Assembly: GCF_009914755.1 (NCBI RefSeq)
Contig: NC_060934.1
Direction: 5' to 3' (one strand)
Source: the human T2T-CHM13v2.0 reference genome, Homo sapiens
DNA length: 64,000 bases
In this document: piece after piece, positions 15,908-35,209 of the stretch
Numbering within the stretch: the stretch's first letter is position 1
Layout of the letters: every line of letters begins with the position of its first letter
The notes under the pieces: model-generated
The model's database searches: none
Told to the model about the DNA's origin: nothing
What the model saw: the letters and a program-made list of their open reading frames with translations, nothing else
Made by a program: the position numbers and the translations under genes

Positions 15908-17959
15908 TAACAATATTAGAAACTAAAAAAGACAAACTAGCTTGGGAAGGAGAAGAAACTGGTTTTTCTTGCTACTGTTTCTCCTAGCACTCTGATAATT
16001 GGTCCTATGTATAAAATCAAGGTCTGTGGTAAATGTGATTGTATTAGATTTAAAGTGAGATTAAAACCCTATCTAAATATGTTCAGGACTCTACTAACCA
16101 AGACAGAGAAAATGACATATTTTTTAAACCCAATAAGTTGTTGGAACATTTATGTATATGGAATGGGAGTGGGGGAAACTTAAGTTCTCCCCTAATATGA
16201 TTAATGGTTGATAAGGGTGTTTATTTTTGGTTGTGGTAGAGGGGACACATAGGGTAGAATCTAAATAATCTTCTTTCAGGTACCTCCTTTTCGTTGAAAA
16301 TATAAACTCGGACTTAAGGGTAAGTGAGTTTGCAGTGCTTTCTGATGCCAGAATTAGATTATTGTGCCTTAGGCCCTAAGCATATGGGAGAAATGATTCA
16401 AAGGAGAAAACCAAAGAAAACCCAAAAAACCCAAAAGGTGAATTTTGTATTTTGAACTATGTCTTTGATTCTGGTTAATTCTGTAGGACTAATATATAAG
16501 ACTGAGATATGAGACTAAGGAATACAGTAGTAACTTAGGTTCTACTAAGTTCTATAGTAGTAACTATAACTTAGGTTCAAGCATGGGATATTAGGCAAAT
16601 TTGAGGTACTAGGGATTGTAGGACTCATATATGACACTAAGGAATATAGCAGTAATGCTATCAGAAATTATCTTCATAATCTGAGTGCATAAATAAATAA
16701 ATATGAATTAAGATTGGCTATAAGGTTGGAGTAGATAACATCTAAGATTATCTTTTGGACATTAAGATTCTGTGTTTATGATACAATATGCCATACTCTG
16801 TGTAATTTATTCTGTAAACTAGATTTATTATATTTTCTCATGAAAATGTAAATCATAAAAAAAAACAAAATTAAGAAATTTGACCTCACACAAGAATAAG
16901 AAATAAGAATCCAGATATAATGAGGGTTGCCATGTTACCATATTTCCAAAACATATTTATATTGAATGTAAACATTTGTGGAATTATTATAAAACAAGCC
17001 TCAAAAACTCATTGTCTTATGGGTAAGATATTTGGCTCTTTGCAGAAGAAATGTCTTGATATCATATAATAATAAATGAAGCACCTACATTTGTAAATCA
17101 GAAGTTTTTTTCCTGCTTGAGATGTAGTAAAAGCCCTGCTTAAAGCCTTCTTTGTGAGACTGAACGCTTTCGCTAGCAGCAGGAAGAAAAAATTACATTC
17201 TAACACCAGCCACCAAATAGTGTGTGGCCTTGAAGAACTTGTCATACATGTTTGTGGCTCATATTTTTAAAGATCTAACTACCTTTGTATTTGGTAAATT
17301 AACAACCTGCCTTTCTGTAACATTTTATAATGTTTTAAATGATTGTACATACATCAATCACCCTCAGTTAATCCTTACAACCAAAATGTTCCAGGTACCA
17401 GGTACAGATTGCACAGGTAGTAAATTCTTTCTTACCCAATACTGTTGAGGAATGGATATTATGATATTACACATAATATTGTGTTGAATGTAACTTCAGC
17501 TTTCTTTGATAGTTTAGCGGGCATTGCAGTGTGTTTTAGTGACTGAAATCATCGTGATGAATAGACTTGCCTTAAGGTTAAAGAGATGTAAGTGGTCATC
17601 CACTGCACGACCTCTACAAGTGGCTCACTTGTTCTTTACAAGAACTCCTCCCAAAGTTGCCCCAGCTGCCATTATTTTAATGTCAAAGTATGAAAGAGCT
17701 AATTTATAGACATTTTTAGTAAGAGACTATGATTTAAATCAGTCCTTACTCTAATTACCTTTCTGATTACATATTTGTGAATAGTTTAAATTTTTTGGTT
17801 GTTTAAGGCATATTTTAATAAAAGTTCAAAAAGTGATTCAGTAGCTATGGTTTATCATTCAGGTGGAAACTAAACCAATAAACAGAAAAATTACTACCTT
17901 TTACATTTAGTGCAACAGTAAAGTAATATATTAGCCCATTTCATTTCTTGGTGTGACAA

Positions 17960-18845
17960 ACCTGTTTTTTAGTTGCTTTCCTTCTCCAAACCTGTTTCAC
18001 CCTCAGTCATCACAACCTCAATAGTTCTAAGATTGGTAGCTCCATTTTTCCAGTTGCTCAGACCAAAATCCCTGATGTCAGCACTGATTGCTGCCTTTTT
18101 CTTTCATCCATCCTTTCTTAGCAAATTCTGTAACCTTCACCATCAAAATATACATTCAGAATCCAGCTATGTCTCACTACATCCACTTCACTACTAGTCC
18201 AACCCACCATCGCCATTCTCCTAGCAAGGCTCTGTGCCACCACCCTTGTCCCACCTCTATCTTCACCTCACACAGCAGCCAGCGTGATCCTCTTAGGACA
18301 GGTTAGAACATGCCCACTCCGTTCTCTGATTCCTCCAATAATGTTTAATTTAGGTAAAATTCAGAATCTTTCTAGAGACCTACATATGTGGCCCCCATAC
18401 AGTCTTCCCCAGATACTCTGTCTCCTCGTTTATTCTGTCTCCCTGGCCTCACAGCACTCCAGCCACACTGGCCTGTTTTCTCAACCACACCCCACTTGCC
18501 CTCACCTCCCCTGGTATCCACCTACCTCGTTTCCTTTACCCCCTTCACTTAAATAATTTTGCTTCTACCTCACCTTCTCAGTGAGGCCTCTGACCTCCTC
18601 TAAAACTACAACCCCCTCTCCCGATGGCATTCTTACTCCCTTTTCATGCCTTATTGTTTTCCATAGTATTTCATACCACCTCCGGCATATTATGCCTCTT
18701 ATTTATGTTTATTGTTTGTCCTCCAAGTAAAATATAATCTGAGGACAGGGATTTTTGTTTGTTCACTGCTAAATCTCCAGCACCTAGGGCAGTGCCCAGC
18801 ATATATACTCAATCAATACTTGTTCAAAGAATAAATTGAATGAAA
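17960..18845. mobile_element. L2 remnant
   Basis: ttccagttgctcagaccaaaa.., cacagcagccagcgtgatcct.., gaggacagggatttttgtttgttcactgct..ctcaatcaatacttgttcaaagaataaa L2 3' end motifs. Confidence 0.75.
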
Positions 18846-20339
18846 ATGTTATCTTTTACAAGGTAATGGTTATGCAAAATATATCCTACAGATAATTTTT
18901 ATTTATCTGAATCTCAGCTTCCTTTTTTTCTGTTAAATTTTCAATTTTTGTTCAACTTCCAATTACAAATTATTATAATATTAATAGATGAATTCTGACA
19001 GTTGAGTGACATGGACGAATGCAGCAGTATCACTAAAACAATCATTTCTTGATTGAGCTCCTGTAGCATATTGTTGTGATCACATCCCTTCTTATTTAAT
19101 CATCCACTGCCAGCAAGATGCCAGGATGTCTGAAGAGCTCTTATTAGTCTACCTATTGGCTAACTAGCTCTGCCTTGGGCTGGAGTCAGCTTATTTCCTA
19201 AACTAATGACCACTATGTGGTTCTTTTTCTTGTTTCTATTGCTTTTTTGTATTAAACATTTTAAGCTACCCAAGATTAATTTATTTATACAAAAACACAA
19301 GGTTAAGATTCTAATTTATTTCAAATTGTTTTTAAATCAGAAATACAATGTATTGAATATTGAATAATCCATATTTAACCTTATTGTTTTGAGATGTCAC
19401 CATGTCTGTGCGTATGTGTGTATATGTGTGTGTGTGCATATGTGTGTGTGTGTTCCTAGACATTGTTTTGTTCTTGTGAGCAGGTCTTACTCTGTACCAG
19501 CATTACACATCATCTACCTTTTATAAAGATCTGGCCACATAACACCCCTATCTAAAACCCTCCAGTTGTCTACTTTCTTTGGGATAAATTTGGATGAAGT
19601 TTAAACATGTTTTATAAGGCAAATAGTTGGGCCTTCTAGGTTGCTTTATGATGTGTATTAGTACCTATTAGGGAAAAATCCCCAATTATTCTTTTGAAAA
19701 TTGTGTTGACTAGTTTTACCCATTTATTCTTCCAAATGAGCTTTAGAATAGGATTGCGACTGGCATTGCGTTATATTTCTAGATTGATTTGGCTGGAATT
19801 GGCATCTTTGCGGGTTTTTTATTCTATTTGGCACTATGGGATGTCTCCTCATCTATTCTACACACTGTGAGTAGATCTGTCATTTTCTTTCCTCCTCATA
19901 TTGGATACCACTCTCTGCCCCGTGGAGTCTTTCATCTCTGACAAGGGTACTCCATATTCAGATTACCCCTTTATCTTGCTCTGCTTCTAGCCTCTTAGGA
20001 AGAATCTCAGGATAATTGATTTTGCCTCAATTTCTCAAGAATAGTGGAGTATTTCACCTGCACCATACATACTCTGTGCCACTGCTCTCCTTTGTCTTGG
20101 GGTAGTTCCACTTCAGGCTAAGCCTGTTTTCTATGGTCCCTGCCCTCTCTAGACCCTTGTCTCCATTGTGATGCATTTTTGAAAGATTTTTATCTTTAGG
20201 AATCAAAACAAACAGCTGGTCAGACTTAGCTCGTAAAATTTTTTCAGTTCGTATCAGTATTGCCACCTCAAGTTTCTATACTCAAGCTTGGCATTAATCT
20301 TTTTCTTATTAGTGGGAGGAAAAAGGAAAAAAAAACATG

Positions 20340-20490
20340 CTTCTTGATCTTTAATGCAAATTCAGATCATCTCAGGATCTTGGTAAAATACAGATTCTGA
20401 CTCAGTAGGTCTGGGAATAAGACTCAAGATACTGTATTTCCAGCAAACTCCCAGGAGATGCTAATGCATCTGATCTTTGGACCATCCTTT
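20340..20490. mobile_element. MER5-type hAT-Charlie remnant
   Basis: aaaatacagattctgactcagtaggtctggg...aactcccaggagatgctaatgc...ggaccatcctttgagtaa. Confidence 0.7.
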
Positions 20491-20689
20491 GAGTAATAGT
20501 GTTTCAGGAGATGTGATCTGTGACTACTGACTTTCCCTGTAGTTTCCACATCTATAAATTGAGGATGCAGAATTACAGAATCAGATCTCAGTTTGGAAGG
20601 GACTTATGTCATATCATCTGATCTGTCATCCATCTAATACTTGGACTTTCTTCACAATATTCATACCCAGGGGTCATCACATTTTTTGA

Positions 20690-21260
20690 AACATAAATGG
20701 AATCATATGTATTGTTTTACAACTGATTTAAAATTTGATAATGTGTCTTGTGCAGAATCAGTAAACTTTGAAACAATTTTTAATACATTAATAATAACTC
20801 CTTTTGTGGCTGTAGCATAATTTGATTAACACACCCCTTTGATGGACATTTAGATTTTTTTCAAATTTTTTGACATTACAAGCAAGGTGTTCCAGTACCT
20901 ACTACATATATGCAAGCATATCCATTGGCTAGATTCTTAGAAGTAGATTTTCAGCAGAGTATGCATGTTTTAAATTTTGATAGATACAAATTGTCCTCTG
21001 AAAAGGTTTTAGTGGATATTATTTGAAATTTATAATCATACCAATAATGAATGAGAGTGCCCATTTTCTGACATCCTCCCCAACACTGCATATCATCTAT
21101 TTTATATTTCTTCTGTGAACTTACCTATCATATTCATTCCCTTGGTTCTTTTTCATCATGTTTGTCTTTTTGTTAATGACTTCTAGGATCTCTTTATGTG
21201 TTCTGAATATGAATCTTTTGCTGTTATGTGTTACAGCTATTTTCTTCCAATTGTGTCCTG
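20690..21260 (-). mobile_element. Old L1M(E) fragment, antisense
   Basis: gatggacatttagatttt.., atgagagtgcccattttc.., ctctttatgtgttctgaatatgaatctttt are reverse-complement L1 ORF2 3' motifs. Confidence 0.6.
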
Positions 21261-22899
21261 CTTCCTAGTTTTGCCTCAGTTTTTTGATTCTTTCAAATTT
21301 GGGTAAAACTAAGAATTAATGAAATATTATATACTGAAGTGTTTAGCAGAGTGTCTGACATAAATGTTATTAATAACTTATGCATATTAACGTTTATTAT
21401 GACTATAATTCTCTCCTCCTTCACTTAGTTTCATCCCTGAGAGCTTATTGTCAATATCTCTATCCAGCCTTAGCTTTCATCGTGTACTCACGTTCTTCCT
21501 GCTCACCTTTTCTTGGGTAGTTCTCAGTACAGCCCCCTTTTCCCAGCTCATCCTGATTTAGTTTTATCTCTTCCAGCAACCTCTGCCAGTCCAGCACCTA
21601 AAGTTACTACACCATGCTTGTCTTCCTTTGCTTTATTTGCATTAGTAGGCAATTGTAAGAAAAGCAAGTATATACATCTTGACTGATACCAAAGAGATCA
21701 ATAGAAAAAAAAAAAAAGAATCACTTAGTGAAATTGCCACTTTCCAGCTTACTCTTGTTGACCCTGTTTAGAATTCTCAATGTTATGCAAAGTCTGATGG
21801 ACCAGAGCTTGGGGACTCTTTGGAGAGAAAGGAGAAGGTTGCTAAAAGAGAGCCGAGCTGAGCCCGCCTTACAGCATGTTGATGCACACTGTACCTAAAA
21901 TCAAGGACTGACTGCTAGAGAAAAAAATTACTAAAGTATTTCGGGAAAATAGAAAATTCCTTAAATTTTATTTAAAAGGCTACAAATATATTTGTTTTAA
22001 TCAATGCTTATTTAAATCTTTCAAAGTATATCTTTTAAAAACCTACTTTGCTATGTTAGAAATATCCTGGTTAATTTGTACCTTATATTTTTTATGTATT
22101 TAATTTTTTCCATTTTGAAAAGTATGCAATGTTGAATTCATATATGCATAATTTTAAAGTATACATTTTATGTTTTGTAGTCCAATTACAATTAAAATTA
22201 CATTTAATAAGAGTTTAGCATAGTATTTAAGAATTAGGATTTGGGAATGATTTTTTTAAATGTGAATAAACTGTTTTAAAGTAGTAGGTTTACAAATGAA
22301 TCTACTCAATAGTTTTAAAGTGTGTTCACTCATTGCTTTACTCATAAAACATCTGATGGCTGATATATGCCAGTTCTGGGCCTTAGCTATTAAGACCACA
22401 AATGTGACTAAAATATAGATCTAATGCTATATATATATATAATCTAATATATATATAATCAGCAATATAAAGCAACATAAAGAACCTACTATAAAACAGA
22501 AAATAGATGCCTTACAGGTTGAGCGGAGTTCCACGTCCCTCCCAGAGCTCTGATTTCCTTGAACAGTATTACTTTCAGGGGAAGTTGAAGAAGAGATCTA
22601 GGAGACAGTGATCAGAGGAAGGGATGGAAGAAAGAGGATGTCCCTCGTGTATGCAAGAAGTGAGATTTTCCCAGGAAATAGTATTTGTAAAGGATATGGA
22701 AAGGAGAGGCCACCATTTTTGCATTTGCAGAATATTAAACAAAACTCATCTAGATGCTAAAATTACTTCAAGCTAAATTTTACCAGTTACTAAGTTATTA
22801 AAATCTTTTTTTCAAAAACAACCACCATTTTTTTGGAAAGTGTTTATTTACCATTAATCATGTTGACTCTTGTGTTTGACGTTAAACTATTTTAAATAA

Positions 22900-23205
<306 letters not shown>

Positions 23206-23687
23206 TAATTTTACTGAACTAAAAAATTAGAAATGTTAAGGCTATTACTTATGAATCAGGAATTTTTAGTAATTACTACTTTCAGTCCTTGAGAAATCTC
23301 TACTCCATATTGGATTTTGAGACGTTACTTTCTTTGTATGAATGTTATTTTTCAGTGAATCATTCAACCACAAGTGAAATATAAAATGCCAAATTAGGTG
23401 AAGCTAAATAACAGCAACAGCTGATTCTAATTATGAGCTTGCTTATTAGCCCTTCCCTAGTACTTTACTTGAGTTACCTCTTTAAAAATGATAGTGAGCT
23501 AATTTAGTAATGCACTAAGAAAAGTTGAACATGTGTCTGAGGAAAGTTTATCTGATAAAGATACATTTTAAAAATTTGGGAAACAGACAAGGGTATAGTA
23601 AAGATTATTGTTGGGTACAGATGTGATTGATGATCAGCCTTAACCCTGTGAATTAATCATACCATTTCTTTAAAATATCCATTGTTG

Positions 23688-24207
<520 letters not shown>

Positions 24208-24899
24208 TTACATAACAAACTTAACTGGCATACTTACCTCCAGTGTTACAGTTTTGGAGTTGGGACAAATGAATGTATGTTAAGCATTAAAAGAATCACT
24301 TGAAATTGCTAATTGAAAATGTTTAATTAGCAGTTTATCTAGAATTTTCTTCAGCCTTTTGTCAGTGCTATGATATGGGAATTCTCGTGCCTTCATTAAA
24401 ATGTGTGCTTTTTGATACATACTCTTTTAAGTCCTAGCTTTTCAGCAATCTAGTAAGTAAATTTAACATCTCTGAAGGCCAAGTCTGAGGGAGAAAGATC
24501 ATTCTTCTCTCTATGCAGATAAGGGTCTGGGGTAAATAATTTAACTGAGCTGGTGAGATTTGTGTATATCCGAGGTGTATAGATGTTTCAGCTGCTTTAG
24601 CCTCATGGCTGATTTGGGAATGCTGAATTGTAACGATAACACTGCCTGTAGCTATAACCTGTGCAATATGTGTCTTTCTGCTTTTACTCTTGGTGTTGAT
24701 GCCTATGTATTTCCTTAGAAATGAAGATGTCCTTAAACCATGATCCAAAGTATTAGAGAAAAACTGGAGTGAGACCAAATTTCTAAATCCATACAAATTT
24801 CCTCTTCTTCCTTCAACACCTCATTAATGGCTCATTAATAGTCTTCATTAATAGTCCTGTAAGGAAATTGAACTTGTAGCTAATAGGATGCACCGTTAA

Positions 24900-27600
<2,701 letters not shown>

Positions 27601-29591
27601 AGGAAAAAAGTACATCAAAGGCAGTTTTATCATTTTCTAAAATTATTTGAAATGTATTCTCTGAAAGTATCTGTTCTTTATTTTTATTACATAATGAGCC
27701 TTGAGGACTAGAAACTGAAACGCAGGTCTATTTAGTGCAGTCACTTAACACTAAGAGGTAATTATAAGCCATATTTGATTATTGTTAGTGTGGTGCCATT
27801 TTATTTCAGAAAACCAAAACACAAATAGAACTTAAAATATATCTTTACAATTTTCAGTGTTGTGACACATTTCAATAAAATTATTAAACTTCATATGTTC
27901 TTATAGAACACACAACAAATGGCTACTTGGAGGAGAAAACAAAATCATTTTCAGCCGGAAACTGAGAAAATCCCAAGCATTGCCAGTAAAGCCATTTTAC
28001 TTCCCTCTGTACCTTTATCCCTAGTAGAATTAATGGATACTTCCATATATGATTAATGCATTCTAAAATGAGTGGCTTATGTATTTGCAGAAAGTGTGCA
28101 AATTCAATAGAATCAGGAATCAAACGCAAAACTAGAGCAGTTAGTATAGTGAAGGGCAAGCTGTGGGTTGGGTGAGGTAGAATGGAAAGGATATTGGTCG
28201 TCTCAGAATCTCACTGGGCTTCAGAAACATCCAGAGTTTAGTAAAATGGAGATAATCTGTGTCTTGCTCCCTCCCAGGTAATCTGATTCAGGGGGAACTA
28301 AATAAAGTTTAAAATAAAAACAAGTAAAACCAGAACAGTTTTAGAAGTTTTAAACCTTGGAAACCCTGAGAGACTGTCTTGAGACTTTTACTCCAGCCCT
28401 TAGACAGCTGTAGTAGCATCTGCTGTACTTCACCTGGGAGAGCAAGACCTAGGGCATTTGTATTCCTGCCCTCTAGTTCCATCCTGAGCTGAATGGTTAC
28501 AGATTCCAACATTGAGTCTTCCCAGTGTGTAGCATAGCTATAGTAAGCACTGAAATGGTCATTTTCAGGATTGTTAAATCTCAGTCTAGCCCTTTTATCT
28601 ATATGAAAGAATACAAAGTTCTCTATACCGTATTTTTATATTCATGTATACCAAGATGGAGAAACATTAGTCAGTGACCATCTCAGCCCCTTCTTGATTC
28701 CATAAAAGTAGCTCCTCAAATTTCATTTTAAGAGAGAGTATCTACAGCTTTAAGAAAAGGAAAACCACTGATGTTTTGGTTCTATAAGATATGGTACAGG
28801 GTAAAAACAAACACAGAGGTAGCGTGGCATATGCCATATGCCTTTATCCCAAAGAAGCTGTTTCCTCTCTAGTTCTGTATGATAGCCAGATATATGATAC
28901 CTTTTCTACATAGTGACATGAAAAACAATATGAACCATTCAGTTATTTTATGTAATAGTCAAATCCAAATGTTTATTAGTATCAACTGTTGAAAGGAGGT
29001 AGTGACCTAAATGTTTCATGTAACAATCAGCTACTTTTTCAATATTTTTAAAGGATCATTAAAATAAATTTTAAATTTAAAAAATGTTTCAAACTTGTAA
29101 GAAATATGATTTGTGAACACTACTCCAGTTTTACAGGTTCCTAGCAGAGGGGGTCTCTTTGTTGATTTGTGATCTAGTGGGCTCTCACCAGCCTAAGCTT
29201 TAGTGGAATCCAGGCTGCTGATCTGTCTTGTTCGCCTCCTAGGGTTACTAACTGAATGCCTATAAGCAGGGTGTGTGACTTTCAGTCCTTCCCAGTTCTT
29301 GCCTCTCCTAAGTGTTGTGCTAGCACTAGTCATATATACAACCTGTATGATGTCTGTAGGCCTTTGAACTTGACCTCTGCTGCATATTACTGAAAACTTG
29401 ACTGATTCTAGAAAAATAATGGCAATCAAAAGAAATAGAGTTTTAATGGTAACTCAAATTTTAACTGTTGTAATCACTAGTACCAGGAAATACTGTAAAT
29501 TATAACTCCGAATTCTTAAAATCTTTCATATATAAACTGTATTGTTTTTATCCAAATACAGTCTTATTTATTATCTGTCTTTATTTTGTAG

Positions 29592-29639
29592 TCATACCCT
29601 ATGGTACTGCAGTATCGACCAAGAATTGATTTCGGTTAG
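29592..29639 (+). CDS. PCGF5: PCGF5 last coding segment (SYPMVLQYRPRIDFG*)
   Basis: ttattttgtAG acceptor; P..L.YRP terminal RAWUL strand; TAG stop at 29637-29639. Confidence 0.97.
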   Translation, partial: SYPMVLQYRPRIDFG

Positions 29640-32600
29640 ACCAAGGGGCCCAGACCTCACTGAGATGAATCCTGCACTATTTGTTTACTCGTCAACAGAT
29701 TGCACAGTTAACGGTGTGTGGACTAGAGGAACACAACCAGATTTTCAGCATGCAAATAAGGCCATTGTCTATCTCTAAATTGTCAGTTGCATTCATGTTG
29801 TTTCTATTAGGAGCAAACCAAGTGCCATTCTGCTACTGAACCATCTGCATAAGGTATTTGTGTTGTCTCAAAGTGTGCAAGTCATGGTAAAAATCAGTTA
29901 GCTGTGCCGCCATGATTCACCCTTCTGAATATTTTGCTTGCCTGTTCCAAGATTGTTCTAATGTTTAATTACACTAGTAAAATGGCTCAATTTTTGTGGT
30001 GTTGCAGTTTTCACATACTTACTCTTTTATTCTTGTTTAAATAGCGTACTCTACAAGAAACTAATAATTATATCTTGAAATTATTTTGTATGGAAGTATA
30101 TTTAGAAAAGTGGTTTTTGAGCCACTGTCTTGTTCTTGATAAGCTTTTTGTGTGAAAAAAAGTTCATTCTTGAGTGTGCAAGTCCTTTTGCCAAGAATTC
30201 CAATTATTCTGTAACATTAGAGCACAATATAATTGTAGACATTCTAAGCATCTGTCCGTGTAGTCTACCAATTGCACAAGGAAGGCATGTTAGCCCTCCA
30301 GATTGAAAATGTATGTGACCTCTTGAACTGAAGTTAGATTCCCAACCATTCAAAATGTTGGCAGCTGATCACATTTACTTCTGATAAAAGTAATGTGTAA
30401 GTAAGGTTAATCTTCTTTCATAATGCCTTATGACAAGCAGGTGCTGCTTCATGAAACGTCATTGTATAGCCCATTTCATGTATCATTACATTGTTGCTGT
30501 TATTTAATGAGTGCATTATTTCTCTTTTTAAGTTGGCCTTAGGTATATGTCATTGTGGCATGCAGAGGGTTATGACGATTTTAAATATTAGGATTTTTAG
30601 AGCACATAACATTAGCTATTTTATGGATTTCAAAAGTCTCAAAACAGTTGTAGATTAAAACTGTTAGTTACCTTTCACATTTCCAAACTATGTGCATAAA
30701 ATAGAATAAATGCAGTATAGAACTATGCTAACCAAAATTAATAGGTTAAGGGTATTTTATTTTAAATCCTGTAGTAATTGGGGAAATGAGAAGATTATTA
30801 TTTTATACATGAGTTCATTAAGATCAGAAATACAAAATGTCCTGTATTTTGCAGTTTTGTTAAGTCTTCCATTCGTTTTAGGATTAGTCTGCAAGTCAAA
30901 GAAAGTCTTGTTACCTTAAATTATATGAAAACTGTCATTTTAAATCTTTTAATATTTACAGTTTTCAAAAACCTTACTTGGAAATTGCTTTGAAACAAAC
31001 AAGCTAACCTTTGAAACTTAGGAAAAAATCTTGAAAGTTAGGAAAAATATTTGAGAAATATGACGAGCACAATCTGTGTGTTACACACATTTAGTTTTTA
31101 TACTGCATATGTGGTAAATGTGTCACATTTTCCAGTAAAATGTATCAGAAATCAATGCCTTCTGAATTTCAAAATGATTCTTAGAAATAAGATATTGTAC
31201 AACTCTAGCAAACATACAAAGTACAGCTAAATCTTAATATATTTCACTATGTAAAAGGCTGAAACTTCATAATTATCTGTTCCTTCTATCTTTTTTTGAG
31301 TCAAAAAGTCTATTAAATTTTTCTGTTGTTGTTCCAACTTTGGTGAAAAAGGTTATGGCAATACTTTAACTTTGTTTTGTTACATTGTTTTTGTTCTTGG
31401 AATGGCTCACAAGCAGAATTTAAAAGGCAGATTTTCATTAACTATAAATGGCTGAAAAAACTGAATTTACTATCTAGCTACAGAAATTATTTTTCTATGG
31501 TGTGAAACTGTTCCCAGACATCCCTAAGAACTTTTACAAATTATTATAAATTTGTCACACCTAGGTCAGCGATTAAAATAGTGTTTTGCAAATGGAATTT
31601 TAATTAACTCAAAATGAATTAAGAGTGCATTTTAAAAATCACAAGTGAGACTTTGATGTTTTGGCCCCCCAGCCAAAACTTAATGGTCATAAATGAATTT
31701 TATCTACAAAATCTCTTTAAATTTGGCTGGTTGCCTTGTCATATGTAATTTCACTATTTTCCAAGGAAATATATAGGAAGCAATTATGAAACTGAGAATA
31801 GTTTTATATAGAATTCTTTTATTTACTGATAATGCATTAACATTTTTATTGAAATGCAATGGAATATGTGCCAAAACACGTGAAAAGCTTACATAAAGAA
31901 AGGCATCAGTTGTCGTTTGGAGAAAGGTACACATTTTTTTGATGGTCCTAAGTGATATGGTATTACTACTAGAATCACAGATTTCTTCAACTGACTTATT
32001 TTGGTATATTCAACTACAGCTTTCTAAGGATAGGACTACTTTCATGTCTAGTAATACACTGTATTCCCCGTTAATTATCCCTTAAGTCAGATTGTAGAAT
32101 TTGCAAGAAACTAGGTATAGAAAAAATGTACAGGCAACTTTTGTGGTTAGCTTTATAAATTTAGGGTGCTTATAAAATGATAAAATGAATTCTTTAAATA
32201 ACCTATAGGAATCATCTGAATCTGTAACATCAGAGACTAAAACTAAAAGTTTTCTTTAATCTGTTGTTTCTTAAGCAATAAACTGAAAGACCTTTACTTC
32301 CATAAAAGATTTTGTTATCTCTTTTATCTGCCTTAGAAATTATAAGTATAAAAGGGTCAAGGGAACTTAGATATAAAGAATGACTGTGGTTTATAAACAT
32401 TACTTTAATTGAAGTAATCACATCAGTTAATAGAGAAATCAAAATATGTATGGCCTTTTCTCTAGATTAGCAAAACAGCTTTACAAAGTATGAAAAAATA
32501 AACTAAAATGCTCATTGATGAGGTAATACTCAGTCTGGAGTACAGGTAACTTGGGTAATGCCTTTTAACTACTCTTAGAGGAGTATATTATTTCTTTATA

Positions 32601-33525
32601 CATTAAACATCTATCCCATAGTAATGTGCCACATTTTATAAACGTAATGACTTTGCTCAACTACATTACACACTCAAATGTAATCTAAATTTAAACTGAT
32701 TATTTAAGGAAAAAAAGTGTGTTATATAATATTGTGAACTGTTTAGCTTTACTGAAATATTTAAGAGAAAGTGCCTCATTACTAAAGTGCATTTCTGTTT
32801 TAAATTTACTGCATAAAGTTTGAGTTATCTGTACCTGTCTCTTATGAATGGTTTCATATCTAAATAGGCTCTTGTAAGTTAATTTTTTTGGAAGATTTTC
32901 ATAAGAATATAGATATCACCAAAGACATTTTACAGTAAATTAATAACCATGTTGGAGAGACGGTTTTAACAGTTTGGAGGTTGGAAATTTTTAGATTGCA
33001 ATTTAATTTTATATAGTTAGGCAATAACCTTGATTAATTGCTAAAATATCACCAAAGAAAGGCTTTAAACTGAATTTTCTTGGTGAGATCAGTCAAATGC
33101 AGGCTTTTCTTGCAATAATCAGAACACACTTCCTTTCAAATATGTTCATTGTTTTTCAGCATCATCTAACAGATCTTAGTAAATCTAAATCCTCAAAGAT
33201 GAGAAAGAGGTAAACACAACAAATAGCCTTCCTCTGCATGAAAAGTGAGAGAAATACATACTTTGAAAAGAAAGTTCAGATTTTTAATTTGAGAGGGTTT
33301 TTATTTCATGGAGGCAGTGTTAACTAAAATTAAGCTTAGATTTAGCTCCTGTATTATTCATAATATGAGAAATTTTATTAAAGGCAGACTTTGGTAAAAG
33401 TGCCAACACACTTACTTGTATAGAAAAGACTTCATTCTATGGGATTTATATAAGTAAGTGCTTTCTCTATATTCAAAATATTTCATAAGGACCTGTGGTT
33501 TTTTTCCCCTTAAAAAGCAACTCTA

Positions 33526-33895
<370 letters not shown>

Positions 33896-35209
33896 TCACA
33901 GAACAAGCATGTACATCAAGAGGAAGTTCCATATCCCCCTTGTACCATTTCTCCTTGGGAACTCATGCTATGGGCTACCTTAAAGGTAAAACTCATCTTA
34001 TGGAGTCTTTCTGATAGGTCACTAGGTAAAACTCCTTGGATAGGGTGAAAATGGATGCACACTCTATTACATACTCTGGTTTATCATAAGGAATTTTCCA
34101 GAAAGCTAAGCTTTATACTAATAAGATATTGGTTGGTAGTAGGAACTTCAAAAATGAATGAGTTTGCCATAACTTTAATTTTCTGGATTAGAAACACAAA
34201 ACTTGAAATGCAATTATCAATATTTTGTAATATATATTCCTACAGTTTGGGTAGAAATAAGGAACATGTCTGCTAGATCTGGTTTATGAAAAAGTGAAAA
34301 ATATTAAATACACCAGAGACTCAAACCCTTTCAAGGCACACAATAACTGTTCTGGATTTACCTGACAAACCTAGTTGAGTAGCATTTTGACAGAAAATAT
34401 CAGACTGAAAGTTCATTCAAATGTACTTAAATGTACAATACAGTGTTCAATAGTTTTTATTGCAGTGATGTTTTTCCAATAATTTAAGTAATTCTCTTCC
34501 TAGTATAATACAGTTTTCATAAATAATGTTTACTTGCTTTCTTTATATTTTCAAATAAAATTAAAATGCTCGAGCACTTCCTTTCAGAAAGTTATAAAAT
34601 TAAAAATAATTATTTTAAATGCTCATTCAAATGTGTCTGTATACTTGCTATGCCCCTTTTTCTATAATTCCAAACTGAGACTGATTTTTCAGAGATTTTT
34701 AACTTTAATAATTTTAAATCTAGAATCAAGTGAAACAGATATGTTAAATACTGAGTCTAGTTTTCTTCCATCTTATGGAGCTTCATGGAATAAGAAACTA
34801 ATCTAGTGCAAATGAAGATTAAATATTTCTGGGTGATGGAGAGATAGTCAACAAATTTATTTATCCATCCTCTGCACATCAGTCCACTGGAGCAGGAGTT
34901 CTACACATTAAAAATGTAATGGGATCAGCCTAGCATTGTTTGGTGTTCTTTTGTTGTATTTTTTAGAATGGGGGTGGGGGCCTAAGTGTCCTTATGAAGC
35001 TGTGGTCCACGACAGGAGCTTGTTGGGGGAGTACCAGGGTTCTGCTGCTTTCCTGCATCTGAGCAACACAACAGAGATCATCAGTTTTAAATAGAGTAGC
35101 CCTCACAATCAAAATATCATAGAATATATTGTAAAGTTATGTTGCTAATTTTCCTTTGAAATATAAAATATTTTAAGCTTTTTGTCAAAAGTGGTAACAT
35201 CTTAATACA

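Noticed and set aside
29139-29156. CTCF-like CTAGCAGAGGGGGTC (also 38861-38878)
   Set aside because: Mismatches at core positions; too weak to call
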